From a bacterium (GTDB lineage: Bacteria; Patescibacteriota; Patescibacteriia; Patescibacteriales; UBA12465): a stretch of DNA of 64,000 bases. The notes beneath the pieces are model-generated. The model did not search any database and was not told the origin of the DNA. It saw only the letters and a program-made list of their open reading frames with translations. The position numbers and the translations under genes were made by a program. Location: NCBI GenBank assembly GCA_030696105.1, contig JAUYNJ010000008.1, forward strand, positions 18,030 to 82,029. The letters run 5' to 3'. The first letter of the stretch is position 1; each line of letters opens with the position of its first letter. Below, one piece after another: positions 55,189 to 64,000 of this stretch.

Positions 55189-55493
55189 AAATCAATGCTA
55201 GTTTGTTTAGATTTCTTTTCTTTTTTTATTGGGGCCTCTCTCTTCGGCATATACTGATCGGCAATTTTGAAAAAATATTTCCAGGCGGCCCCAGTCTGGC
55301 AGAGTTCTTTAGTGTCGTTCATTGCACGTTCCACCTGAGTGGTCGACAATTCTTTGCAGACTTTAAATACGGCGCCGCGTTTGAAATTTGGGATACTGAG
55401 TTGCGTAATAACGCGCAAAGCCAAGTCCTGCCAAGGGTAGGCTGGGGCTTTCTTAGCTTGTCTAGATTTTAATAAATCAGCAAGGTTGTCCAT
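55185..55493 (-). CDS. Hypothetical basic protein
   Basis: 102-aa ORF coupled to def by a 4-nt overlap. No recognised domain. Confidence 0.5.
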   Translation of the reverse strand: MDNLADLLKSRQAKKAPAYPWQDLALRVITQLSIPNFKRGAVFKVCKELSTTQVERAMNDTKELCQTGAAWKYFFKIADQYMPKREAPIKKEKKSKQTSIDL

Positions 55494-55494
55494 A

Positions 55495-56304
55495 CTAAAT
55501 CGGTGCGACTTTAAGATTAAAATTTACACTGAGATAACCGACACCAAAGTCGGTTTGATAGGCAAGAATTTCTGGTTCGTAGGTGTCACCAATAATTCCG
55601 AGTAGAATTGCCAGTTGTTTTAAGCCACCCTCAAGTACTTCCTCCGTCAACTTCTCATCAATTGACAGCAACTTCTCACGACCATCGGCCGCCTCACCCA
55701 AATATTCAATTACGCGATTATCAAAACGAGCGCCTTTGGGGGTGTAGCCTGCTGGTGACTTTTTCTTTAGGCGGTGAGAGAGATCGCCAGCGGCGATTAC
55801 GGCTATTTTTTCCGGACGAGCTCTTAGAACGGTGCCAATTTCTTGTCCGATAAGGTAATGAGTGCGCCTATCTAAATTTTCAGCGGGGAAGAGCGGCAGT
55901 ATTTTGATGGCTTTAAGATTTTCAGTTAGCAGCTGTAGGGGCACGGCTGTGCCGTAATCAAGCTCGCGCTGACTAATAAAATTAAGCGCTTGCTCGCGTC
56001 CAAGCTGAGCTTTTAAATCATCTGCCAAACTTAGGGCTGGCAGGAATGATTTGATAGTCGCGAGGTAGCCAAATTCTTGAAAACTGAGATTAAGCGTCGG
56101 CCCGATATTTAAAGAGAGGCCATCAGGACGAGTCGGTCCGTTTGGCGAAATAACAAGAATGATATCAACCTCCTCCGCCTTTAATATATCCGCCACGGCT
56201 TGGTATGCTTGGGTGGTTTTCTTTAAGAGGCGATGATTTTGCTTACCGATTTCGGGGATAAGGAGGGGCGAGGGAGGCAAGAAGGCACTGGCGATAATAG
56301 GCAT
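55495..56304 (-). CDS. LigB/Memo-like (class III extradiol dioxygenase subunit B family) protein
   Basis: 269 aa: IIASAFLPPSPLLIPE...VISPNGP...AVIAAGDLSHRL. This pattern is typical of the LigB/AmmeMemoRadiSam-B fold family. Confidence 0.6.
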   Translation of the reverse strand: MPIIASAFLPPSPLLIPEIGKQNHRLLKKTTQAYQAVADILKAEEVDIILVISPNGPTRPDGLSLNIGPTLNLSFQEFGYLATIKSFLPALSLADDLKAQLGREQALNFISQRELDYGTAVPLQLLTENLKAIKILPLFPAENLDRRTHYLIGQEIGTVLRARPEKIAVIAAGDLSHRLKKKSPAGYTPKGARFDNRVIEYLGEAADGREKLLSIDEKLTEEVLEGGLKQLAILLGIIGDTYEPEILAYQTDFGVGYLSVNFNLKVAPI

Positions 56305-56433
56305 AAATTATAGTGCTAGAGAGACTTAATTATATAATATTTACAGAGGTTTATAAATATTGACACATATTATTAATAATGGCAAGAATGCAAAAACTCC
56401 CGCGGTTTGAGGCGGGAGTTTGAGGAGACTTTT

Positions 56434-57918
56434 TTATTGAGCGACGTCGTAGGTGATAGGAGCGCCGAGAGGGTATAGATACAGCAATTGCGGGCTAACG
56501 GTGATGACATTTGACCAGTTATATCCTAAGCGCTCGAAGTCATTACCACTTACAAAAGGTCGTTTCTCACCGTGCACGATTAGATAAACAGCCGGTGCAT
56601 TTGGTGACTTAAGTAGTTCGCCGTCATCAAATAAGACTGGCGAAACCTTGGTGTACTGTGCGAGCTCTGCGGCAGTGGGCTTAAGAATTGTTTTACCTTT
56701 GAACTTAGTGCTTAATAAAACCTTATCGATAATTGGGGCTTTGATACCGTCTTGGGCGAAATAGACACCACCACTGTCGGGATCACGGAGTAGGGCGCCG
56801 GTCGGATAGACGGATGTTGCCTTGAGCATTGTGCCCTCGCGGTAGTAGCTCAAATCTTGAGTAGTGGCAGGGATAATCTCTTCGGGGTTAAAGCCAAATT
56901 TCTTAAAGGCATCAAGATTTTCGAACTTGCGCTTCTCGTCACCGACGATTAAATAAAGGCTGGCATCAGAGGCACGGACGATGGAATAATTAGGCAGACT
57001 GATGGGCTGTCCTTTTTCGTAGCCTTCTAGCTCAACCTTATCAACTGAAATAATCTTATCGAGGCTATAGCGGGAAACGAGGGCGCTCTTACTAGTGAAG
57101 GGGCGCTTCATACCATCTCGGATGAGCCATACTCCGACCTCACCTTTTGCCTGCAGGAGGGAGCCGTCAGCATAGCGAGATGAGCTTTTTGGGAAATAAC
57201 GTTCGTATAAGCGGTATACATTATAATTACCGTCGAAGACGTGGGGCGTATAGTTGTATAGTGCAGCCGTCGCTTTGTTTTGAGGAGTGACGACCATGGT
57301 TTCGTTCGAAATTGTACCGTAGGGATTACTGAAAGTATAAGTTTGCCCAGCCTTATAGCTGTAGCGGTGCTGTTCGTTCATGTAGGCAAGAAATTGCAGG
57401 GAAGCGCTGTTTACTTGTTTACCGAAGCCTTTGTAATAAGGGTTGCAGGTCCAACCATCAGGGCAGCCATATCCCGTCGCCCAGTCAAGTCGTGCCTGCG
57501 CCGGATTTACCTCTTCAACAACGCTCGATTCTTTTTGTAAAAGCACAAGGAGAAACTTAGGACTAACTGTGGTGATGCGGCGACACTTTAATTGCTTTTC
57601 AGCTTCAGTCGGAGCGTCGGAAAGAGTGACGCCGGCGCAATCAAAGTTGCTTTTAGCGGCTTCGTAGATGATTTCTGCGGCAGTCTTTAAAGTGCCATGA
57701 GCGTTCAGTGTTTTATAGGTGGCGAGGTAACTATTTTTATTCTGTAAAAAATTCTGAATTTGCTCCAGCGTCATGCTATCAGCATTCATTAAATCATCAT
57801 CGCTGATAATTAAATTGGGATTGAAGTTGGGGTCTATGGTTTGAGCATTTGTGCTCGAAAATGGTGCAGACAGGAGGATGATAGCAGCTAACGCCGCTAG
57901 ACCGAATGATTTATACAT
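56434..57918 (-). CDS. Secreted protein with lysozyme/transglycosylase-like N-domain (tentative) and four C-terminal ~55-aa repeats
   Basis: It has a signal peptide. The segment LLVLLQKESSVVEE...ATGYGCPDGW may contain a Glu-Ser catalytic-like motif. Four modules carry the core motifs VWLIRDGMKRPF, LYLIVGDEKRKF, VYFAQDGIKAPI and VYLIVHGEKRPF. Confidence 0.55.
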   Translation of the reverse strand: MYKSFGLAALAAIILLSAPFSSTNAQTIDPNFNPNLIISDDDLMNADSMTLEQIQNFLQNKNSYLATYKTLNAHGTLKTAAEIIYEAAKSNFDCAGVTLSDAPTEAEKQLKCRRITTVSPKFLLVLLQKESSVVEEVNPAQARLDWATGYGCPDGWTCNPYYKGFGKQVNSASLQFLAYMNEQHRYSYKAGQTYTFSNPYGTISNETMVVTPQNKATAALYNYTPHVFDGNYNVYRLYERYFPKSSSRYADGSLLQAKGEVGVWLIRDGMKRPFTSKSALVSRYSLDKIISVDKVELEGYEKGQPISLPNYSIVRASDASLYLIVGDEKRKFENLDAFKKFGFNPEEIIPATTQDLSYYREGTMLKATSVYPTGALLRDPDSGGVYFAQDGIKAPIIDKVLLSTKFKGKTILKPTAAELAQYTKVSPVLFDDGELLKSPNAPAVYLIVHGEKRPFVSGNDFERLGYNWSNVITVSPQLLYLYPLGAPITYDVAQ

Positions 57919-58083
57919 AGGGAGTTTTTATTAATCTTATAATATCAAAAAGCCTCTTCATTATAATATATTTTAACGAGGAAACCAAGCAAAAAGTCAC
58001 GAGCTTTAAACTGTTCGCTAATAATAAGTAGTAGTTGTAACAAAAAAAGCCGCCAGGAGATTTGGCGGCTTTTTACTAAATGT

Positions 58084-60738
58084 TTATTTTCTAACTCTTG
58101 TTACGGCACGATCAACTGTAATTACGTCTTTACCACTGACATCAATCACAACTTTATCCCCCTCTTGCACTTTATTCTCAATAATACGCATGGCGAGTTC
58201 ATCAAGAATTAGATTTTGAATTATTCTCTTTAAAGGCCTGGCCCCATAGGTATTGTCGTAACCCTTCTCAGCTAAAACTTTTTTTACTTTCGCGCCGATG
58301 CGTAGAGTAATGTTCTTCGCATTAAGGCGTTTCTCAACTTTTTCTAGTTCGAGAGCGACAATTTTTTCAAGATCAACGGGTGAGAGGCTTTGGAAGAGTA
58401 CGATTTCATCAATACGATTTAAGAATTCAAGCTTGAAGTGCTCCTTTAGAATCTTATCAACCTTCTCACTCATTTCTTTGGTGCGCGCGCTATCCTTTTT
58501 TATTTGCTCACTCTCACCACCGAAACCGATGGAGTATTGTTTGATTACTTCATTACCAAGGTTGGAGGTCATAATAATAACCGTATTCTTGAAATTAACA
58601 GTGCGACCCTTCGAATCAGTTAAACGACCATCATCAAGAATTTGTAGGAGCATATTAAACATGTCGGGATGCGCTTTTTCGATTTCATCAAGTAAAATAA
58701 CACTGTAGGGATGGCGACGAACACGTTCTGTGAGCTGCCCGCCTTCGTCGTAGCCAATATAGCCAGGAGGGGAGCCAATTAATTTAGCAGCCGAATGTTT
58801 TTCCATGTATTCACTCATGTCTAAACGGATGAGTGAACTTTCATCATCAAAGAGGAATCGGGACAGAGCTTTAGCGAGTTCAGTTTTGCCGACACCGGTC
58901 GGCCCAATGAAAAGGAAAGATCCAATCGGTCTTTTTTCTTCATTGATGCTTGCTCTCGATCGGCGAATGGCGCGGGCGACGGCGGCAATGGCACTGTCTT
59001 GTCCGACCACTTCTTTTTGCAATTCCTGTTCGGTATTAACGAGTTTTAATAAGTCGTCAGCTAACATTTTATTAACGGGTATACCAGTCCAGCGGGCCAC
59101 AACTTTCGCAATATCTTCTTCACCAACTTCTTCTTTTAAGATGCGTTGTCCTTTTTTCTGAATTTTAATGAGGCTGTCCTGGAGATTATTAATTTTAGTG
59201 TCTAACTCGGGGATAAGAGCATACTTTATTTTAGCGACTTCAGTTAAATCGGCTCCCTGTCGTTGTGAAATTTCCGCTTTAATTTTTAATTCATCGATTT
59301 CACGTTTATGGTCACGAATGCCGGAAATAATATTTTTTTCATTATTCCAGTGTAGCTCAAGTTGATTTGCCTTTTCTTTTAATTTGGCGAGCTCGACGTT
59401 AATGCCGCGAAGTTTCGGTGATTTTTTATCGGATGACATTAAAGCGGCCTTGTTAATTTCCAGTTGTTTAATGCTGCGTTTAAGTTGATCAAGTTCATCA
59501 GGCATCGAATCAATTTCCATGCGCAGGGAAGAGGTTGCTTCGTCAATGAGGTCGACTGCCTTATCCGGCAAGAAGCGATCACTGATATAGCGATTTGATA
59601 ATTTCGCGGCCGCGGTTAAAGCATCATCGGTAATACGAACACCGTGGTGTACTTCATATTTTTCTTTCAAACCACGAAGCATGTTGATAGTGTCTTCAAC
59701 ACTAGGTTCATTTACCATGATTGGCTGGAAGCGGCGCTCAAGGGCGGCGTCTTTTTCAATATACTTCTGATATTCCTTAGTGGTAGTGGCGCCGATAGTG
59801 CGCAACTCGCCACGAGCGAGAGCTGGTTTTAACATGTTTGAGGCATCCATTGAGCCTTCAGAAGAACCAGCGCCGATGAGGGTGTGCAGTTCGTCGATGA
59901 AAATAATGATGCGACCCTGCTGACTTTTTACTTCTTTTAATACCGCTTTCAAGCGGTCTTCGAATTCACCGCGGAATTTAGCGCCCGCGACTAACATGCC
60001 GAGGTCGAGGGTGATAATTTCTTTATTCTTTAAATTTTCTGGCACATCACCAGCAACGATGCGCTGAGCTAAGCCTTCGACAATTGCAGTCTTGCCAGTT
60101 CCAGCCTCACCAATGAGTACGGGATTATTTTTGGTGCGGCGCAGTAAAACTTGCATCACGCGACGGACTTCGGTGTCGCGGCCAACAACCGGGTCAAGTT
60201 TTTCTTGACGAGCAAGTTCTGTGAGATTGGTTGTATATTTTTCTAACACCTTAAAGCGACCTTCAGGAGACGCGTCCGTAATACGCTCGTTGCCTCGCAG
60301 CTCTTGGAGGATAGCGGAAACTTTCACGTGTTCAACGCTAAAGCTCAGTAAAATATTTTGAGCTGGTGAGGGGATGCCGATAAGAGCCAATAAGATGTGC
60401 TCAGTGGAAATAAACTCATCGCCCATGCCATCAGCTTCTTTTTTAGAGCGCTCAAGAATTAAGGCTGTTTCATTAGTGCCGGAAACAGCTTGAATAGGTC
60501 CGCTCTGCATGTCGATTTTTGTTTTTGGCAGTTTCTTGATTTCGCCAACGGTGTAATTTTCTAGAGTCTCAGGATCAATAGCGAGTTTTTCCAGCACTGG
60601 TTTTACCAAGCTTTCTGGCTGCTGGAGCAGGGATAATAATATATGTATGCCCTCAATATTTGGTTGTCCAAAATTGGCGGCAATAGCCTGAGCATTGATA
60701 ATCGCCTCCTGAGATTTTTCTGTAAATTTATTGAACAT
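58084..60738 (-). CDS. clpB: ATP-dependent disaggregase ClpB
   Basis: 884 aa with Clp_N repeats, the Walker A motifs GEAGTGKT and GPTGVGKT, and a long middle coiled-coil between the two AAA+ modules. Confidence 0.95.
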   Translation of the reverse strand: MFNKFTEKSQEAIINAQAIAANFGQPNIEGIHILLSLLQQPESLVKPVLEKLAIDPETLENYTVGEIKKLPKTKIDMQSGPIQAVSGTNETALILERSKKEADGMGDEFISTEHILLALIGIPSPAQNILLSFSVEHVKVSAILQELRGNERITDASPEGRFKVLEKYTTNLTELARQEKLDPVVGRDTEVRRVMQVLLRRTKNNPVLIGEAGTGKTAIVEGLAQRIVAGDVPENLKNKEIITLDLGMLVAGAKFRGEFEDRLKAVLKEVKSQQGRIIIFIDELHTLIGAGSSEGSMDASNMLKPALARGELRTIGATTTKEYQKYIEKDAALERRFQPIMVNEPSVEDTINMLRGLKEKYEVHHGVRITDDALTAAAKLSNRYISDRFLPDKAVDLIDEATSSLRMEIDSMPDELDQLKRSIKQLEINKAALMSSDKKSPKLRGINVELAKLKEKANQLELHWNNEKNIISGIRDHKREIDELKIKAEISQRQGADLTEVAKIKYALIPELDTKINNLQDSLIKIQKKGQRILKEEVGEEDIAKVVARWTGIPVNKMLADDLLKLVNTEQELQKEVVGQDSAIAAVARAIRRSRASINEEKRPIGSFLFIGPTGVGKTELAKALSRFLFDDESSLIRLDMSEYMEKHSAAKLIGSPPGYIGYDEGGQLTERVRRHPYSVILLDEIEKAHPDMFNMLLQILDDGRLTDSKGRTVNFKNTVIIMTSNLGNEVIKQYSIGFGGESEQIKKDSARTKEMSEKVDKILKEHFKLEFLNRIDEIVLFQSLSPVDLEKIVALELEKVEKRLNAKNITLRIGAKVKKVLAEKGYDNTYGARPLKRIIQNLILDELAMRIIENKVQEGDKVVIDVSGKDVITVDRAVTRVRK

Positions 60739-60781
60739 ATATGTATTTTGATTAATTATATTTGAAGTATTTTATACGTAT

Positions 60782-60808
60782 TTAGCACTCTTTTGAGATG
60801 ACTGCTAA
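60782..60808 (-). promoter_or_regulatory. CIRCE operator downstream of the clpB promoter
   Basis: TTAGCACTC-N9-GACTGCTAA, with one arm mismatch. On the clpB strand it follows the TTGACT (60853-60848)-N17-TATCAT (60830-60825) promoter by 16 nt. Confidence 0.75.
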
Positions 60809-60969
60809 CGCAAGCACTAGATATATGATACTACAGCAAGAGGTAAAAGTCAATAATTATCTCGGTGGAATAAAATTAAAAAAATGATTGTTTCAAATAA
60901 TAAAATTAAATGGTATACTATATATAATGAATAATAAATAAATTTTTTTTGAGTCTATTTTTTCCTAAT

Positions 60970-63900
60970 ATGTTAAAAACTAAGAGAATGAAAATCTGGC
61001 ACACGCTTGTGTATTTGTTATTTTTTGCTATCGGCGCTTTGTTTTACGGTCATTTGGCGCAAGCAGCCGCGACCAGCGTATCAATTCAAACTCCCGATTC
61101 TATAAATAAGGCTTACGCTAAGCCAAATAGCACTATCCCTGTATTATATTATGTAACTGCCGACCCGCCCGGCTTTTCCGCGTTTTACGGCATAAATCTT
61201 ATAAAAGATGGTGCATCCTACTCATATAATCAGTTTAACAGAACTTTTTTAGAGGGAAGTCAGGGTTATGGAGATGATTTTAATGTTGGCACTCCCGGCG
61301 ATGGTCTTTATGATCTGTATATTAATATCCTCGGTGCTCATGATACTAATTTATCTTCAGTCGTAGTTGATGGCACCGCACCGACTGTTCCTACCGTTAT
61401 TTATCCCAGTGCGTCCGGTATATATTTAAAACCAAGCAATCCTGTTTTGATTAGATGGACTGCTTCTACAGATGCTAATTTCGGTGCGACGCCAATTAGA
61501 GTTGTTTATTCTCTGACTGGAACATTTTTGGATGGCGTGACAATTGTTAATTTGCCTGCCACCGCTACGTCGACGACCTGGTATCCACCAGCAGTGAATG
61601 TTAACACTGCTAAAGTCGCAGTTATTGCGACTGATTTAGCGGGTAACACAATCAATGATGTTTCTAATTATGCATTTACAATTGATAATACAGCACCTGT
61701 TATTAAAGCTGGCGCATATGTTGTTTTAAGTTCACCGGCGACGCCGGGGGCGACTGCAACCGATAATTACACAAGCGGAGCTAACTTAACTTATGCTTGG
61801 TCACAAGTTTCTGGTCCTGGAAGTATATCTTTTTCAAATAATGCAATTTTAAATCCAGTTATTTCCGCTAGCGTCAGTGGCACCTATGTAGCTAGTTTAA
61901 CTGTGACCGATCAGGCGGGAAATCAGTCTACCGATACTTTCTCTTTCCTTTGGGATGGTAACCCAGGAGCATTTAATATAACTGCCCCGACAATCGGACA
62001 AATCATTCGCGGCTCAAGTAATACAAGCGTGGCATGGACCCTTCCTCCCGATTCTGATTTGAGTCACTTTGATATTCATTACTCGACTAATAACGGGGGG
62101 GATTGGACGCTTGTGACATCAAACCTAGCTTCAACTACGACCTCTTATTCCTGGGCGGTGCCAGCTGCAAACTCTGATCAGAGTGTAGTGCGTGTTACCG
62201 CTTATGATGTTGACGGAAATAACACTCCTTCTGTTTCTGATAGTTTTATTATTGATAGCACTGCTCCAAGCATCACCATCACTAGCCCAAATCTAGGGAT
62301 TATCAACACCCCCACCGCTTCTGGCGCTTCCGCTACTGATGTAAACGGTATCGCATCTTATGCTTGGACAAAATTTTCTGGTCCTGGCACAATTACCTTT
62401 GCTACTTCGTCAACCATCGCTAACCCCACCATGGCTGCTGATGCTGACGGTGCTTATGTTGCTCGTCTAACCGTGACAGATAATGCTGGAAATACGAGTA
62501 CGTCCGATGTTAGTTTTACTTGGGACACTACTGGGCCAGATATTACTATAGCGAACGCTAACTTAGGTGCTATCAATACTCCAACAGCCTCAGGCGCTTC
62601 CGCTACTGATGCAAACGGCGTCGCTTCCTATGCTTGGACAAAAGTTTCTGGACCAGGCACAATTACTTTCGCTCCTTCAGCGACAAGTACTGACCCAGTC
62701 ATGTCCGCTAGTGAAGATGGCGCTTACGTCGCGCGTTTCACCGTGACAGATACTGTTGGTAACAGCAGTACATCCGATGTAAATTTCACTTGGGACACCA
62801 CTGCTCCAAATATCACAATAACAAATTCAAATTTAGGCGCTATAAGAGTAGCAACTGCTTCCGGCGCTTCCGCCTCTGATACAAACGGTATCGCTTCCTA
62901 TGCTTGGACAAAAGTTTCTGGCACTGGCACCATCACCTTTAGTTCCTCGGCAACGATAGCTAATCCCACCATGGCTGCTAACACTGACGGTGCTTACGTT
63001 GCGCGTTTAACCGTGACAGATAATGCTGGAAATACGAGCACGTCGGATGTTAGTTTTATCTGGGACACTACTGGGCCAGATATTACAATAACGAATGCTA
63101 GCTTAGGGGCTATTAATACTCCAACAGCCTCAGGTGCATCCGCGACTGATGCAAACGGCGTCGCTTCCTATGCTTGGACCAAAGTCTCTGGTCCTGGCAC
63201 CATCACCTTCGCCGCCTCCGCCGCGATTGCTAATCCAACTATGGCTGCTAATACCAATGGCGTTTATGTTGCTCGTCTTACTGTGACTGATATGGCCGGT
63301 AACACTAATACTTCTGATGTTAACTTCATTTGGGATACTATCGCGCCGACTATTACAATAACAAATTCAAATTTAGGCGCCATTAGAGTCGCAACTGCTT
63401 CCGGTGCTTCCGCCTCTGATACAAATGGCATTGCCTCTTATTCCTGGGCTAAATTTTCAGGTCCTGGTACCATCACCTTCGCTTCTTCCGCGACTATAGC
63501 TAACCCGACAATGTCCGCTGATGCTGACGGTGCTTATGTTGCTCGTTTAACTGTCACTGACAATGCCGGCAATACTAATAATGCTAATGTTAATTTCACC
63601 TGGGACAGCACTGCTCCTGTCATTACCATTAATCCCATCACTCCTGACCCAACCGGTGACTCCACTCCTACCTTCACCGGCAACGCCACTGACGCACTAA
63701 ACAATATCAGCGGCGTCGAATATCAAGTTGATGGCGGCGGCAGCTGGATTGCTTGCACAGCGGCTGATGGTAGTTTCAATTCAAGCAATGAAAACTATAC
63801 TTGCACCATTTCTCCCGCCCTCATTGAAGATGTGCATATCGTCAATGTCAGGTCCACCGATGCAATCGGCAATACTTCTGACGGCTCCGTCTCTGATACT

Positions 63901-64000
63901 TTCACGGTTAATCTCTCTGGTCCTAGTATTACACCCATGAGCGATAGGGCAGAGAAAGTTCAATTTAATCAGGATGCTACTACTGTTAATGCGACGTCTT
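60970..64000 (+). CDS. Very large secreted/surface protein with tandem PKD/Ig-like domains (3' end beyond window)
   Basis: From ATG 60970 the frame stays open to the window end (>1010 codons). It is absent from the ORF track because it has no stop. It has the signal peptide MKIWHTLVYLLFFAIGALFYGHLAQAAA and repeated Y(A/S)W(T/A)K(V/F)SGPGTITF...GAYVARLTVTD.AGN modules. Confidence 0.85.
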   Translation, partial: MLKTKRMKIWHTLVYLLFFAIGALFYGHLAQAAATSVSIQTPDSINKAYAKPNSTIPVLYYVTADPPGFSAFYGINLIKDGASYSYNQFNRTFLEGSQGYGDDFNVGTPGDGLYDLYINILGAHDTNLSSVVVDGTAPTVPTVIYPSASGIYLKPSNPVLIRWTASTDANFGATPIRVVYSLTGTFLDGVTIVNLPATATSTTWYPPAVNVNTAKVAVIATDLAGNTINDVSNYAFTIDNTAPVIKAGAYVVLSSPATPGATATDNYTSGANLTYAWSQVSGPGSISFSNNAILNPVISASVSGTYVASLTVTDQAGNQSTDTFSFLWDGNPGAFNITAPTIGQIIRGSSNTSVAWTLPPDSDLSHFDIHYSTNNGGDWTLVTSNLASTTTSYSWAVPAANSDQSVVRVTAYDVDGNNTPSVSDSFIIDSTAPSITITSPNLGIINTPTASGASATDVNGIASYAWTKFSGPGTITFATSSTIANPTMAADADGAYVARLTVTDNAGNTSTSDVSFTWDTTGPDITIANANLGAINTPTASGASATDANGVASYAWTKVSGPGTITFAPSATSTDPVMSASEDGAYVARFTVTDTVGNSSTSDVNFTWDTTAPNITITNSNLGAIRVATASGASASDTNGIASYAWTKVSGTGTITFSSSATIANPTMAANTDGAYVARLTVTDNAGNTSTSDVSFIWDTTGPDITITNASLGAINTPTASGASATDANGVASYAWTKVSGPGTITFAASAAIANPTMAANTNGVYVARLTVTDMAGNTNTSDVNFIWDTIAPTITITNSNLGAIRVATASGASASDTNGIASYSWAKFSGPGTITFASSATIANPTMSADADGAYVARLTVTDNAGNTNNANVNFTWDSTAPVITINPITPDPTGDSTPTFTGNATDALNNISGVEYQVDGGGSWIACTAADGSFNSSNENYTCTISPALIEDVHIVNVRSTDAIGNTSDGSVSDTFTVNLSGPSITPMSDRAEKVQFNQDATTVNATS
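62251..63600 (+). repeat. Five in-frame 270-bp tandem repeats (units start at 62251, 62521, 62791, 63061, 63331) with an alternating A/B 540-bp super-period
   Basis: Unit boundaries TGGGA(C/T)AC recur exactly every 270 nt. Units 2 and 4 share their 5' halves, as do units 3 and 5, and the 3' ends of units 1 and 3 are near-identical. Confidence 0.9.

Noticed and set aside
62251-63600. Regular repeats as a possible CRISPR array
   Set aside because: The period is 270 bp, and the units are in-frame, coding and continuous with a >1000-codon ORF. No short direct repeats alternate with unique spacers, and no cas genes are present.

Overview
64-kb, gene-dense, AT-rich bacterial chromosome segment using the standard genetic code: TGA is used as a stop, for example at 32549-32551. 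Most genes have no Shine-Dalgarno sequence, but many transcription units carry near-consensus TTGACA-N17-TATAAT promoters and clean rho-independent terminators. This, together with the PEGA, GT-C and secreted-repeat envelope proteins and the minimal metabolism, suggests a CPR/Patescibacteria (Parcubacteria-like) genome; that assignment is inference. Core content in order: dnaJ 3' end; a lexA-like/Y-family polymerase cassette; tatD; a complete F1Fo ATP synthase operon (atpZ-like, atpBEFHAGDC); uppP; CIRCE-controlled groES-groEL; mltG; a large membrane-anchored protein; two divergent polytopic GT-C-like membrane proteins; miaB-miaA; gatB; a four-gene thymidylate operon (dCMP deaminase, double-domain ThyX-like, P-loop kinase, Tmk-Dut fusion); a secreted phosphodiester glycosidase; DUF167, three GT2 glycosyltransferases and galU; a PEGA/beta-propeller protein; murA; rplU; recR-ybaB-dnaB; tRNA-Thr and tRNA-Lys; mtaB; a PadR/PspC-domain sensor pair; an ECF sigma with a putative anti-sigma; fmt; dedA; def; CIRCE-controlled clpB. 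The window ends inside a very large surface protein with 270-bp tandem PKD/Ig-like repeats that is absent from the ORF track because it has no stop in the window. The least ordinary stretch is 47.9-52.9 kb next to tRNA-Glu(CUC). It holds an ArsR/thioredoxin-like/ArsP-like cluster, a beta-barrel-like secreted protein, two Nudix genes (one split by an in-frame TAA), an orphan promoter-to-terminator small-RNA candidate, and a GC-rich, hairpin-dense element made of tRNA-Glu-like fragments. I found no CRISPR array, integrase, transposase, rRNA or recognisable defence system. None of the candidate novelties could be checked against databases here.
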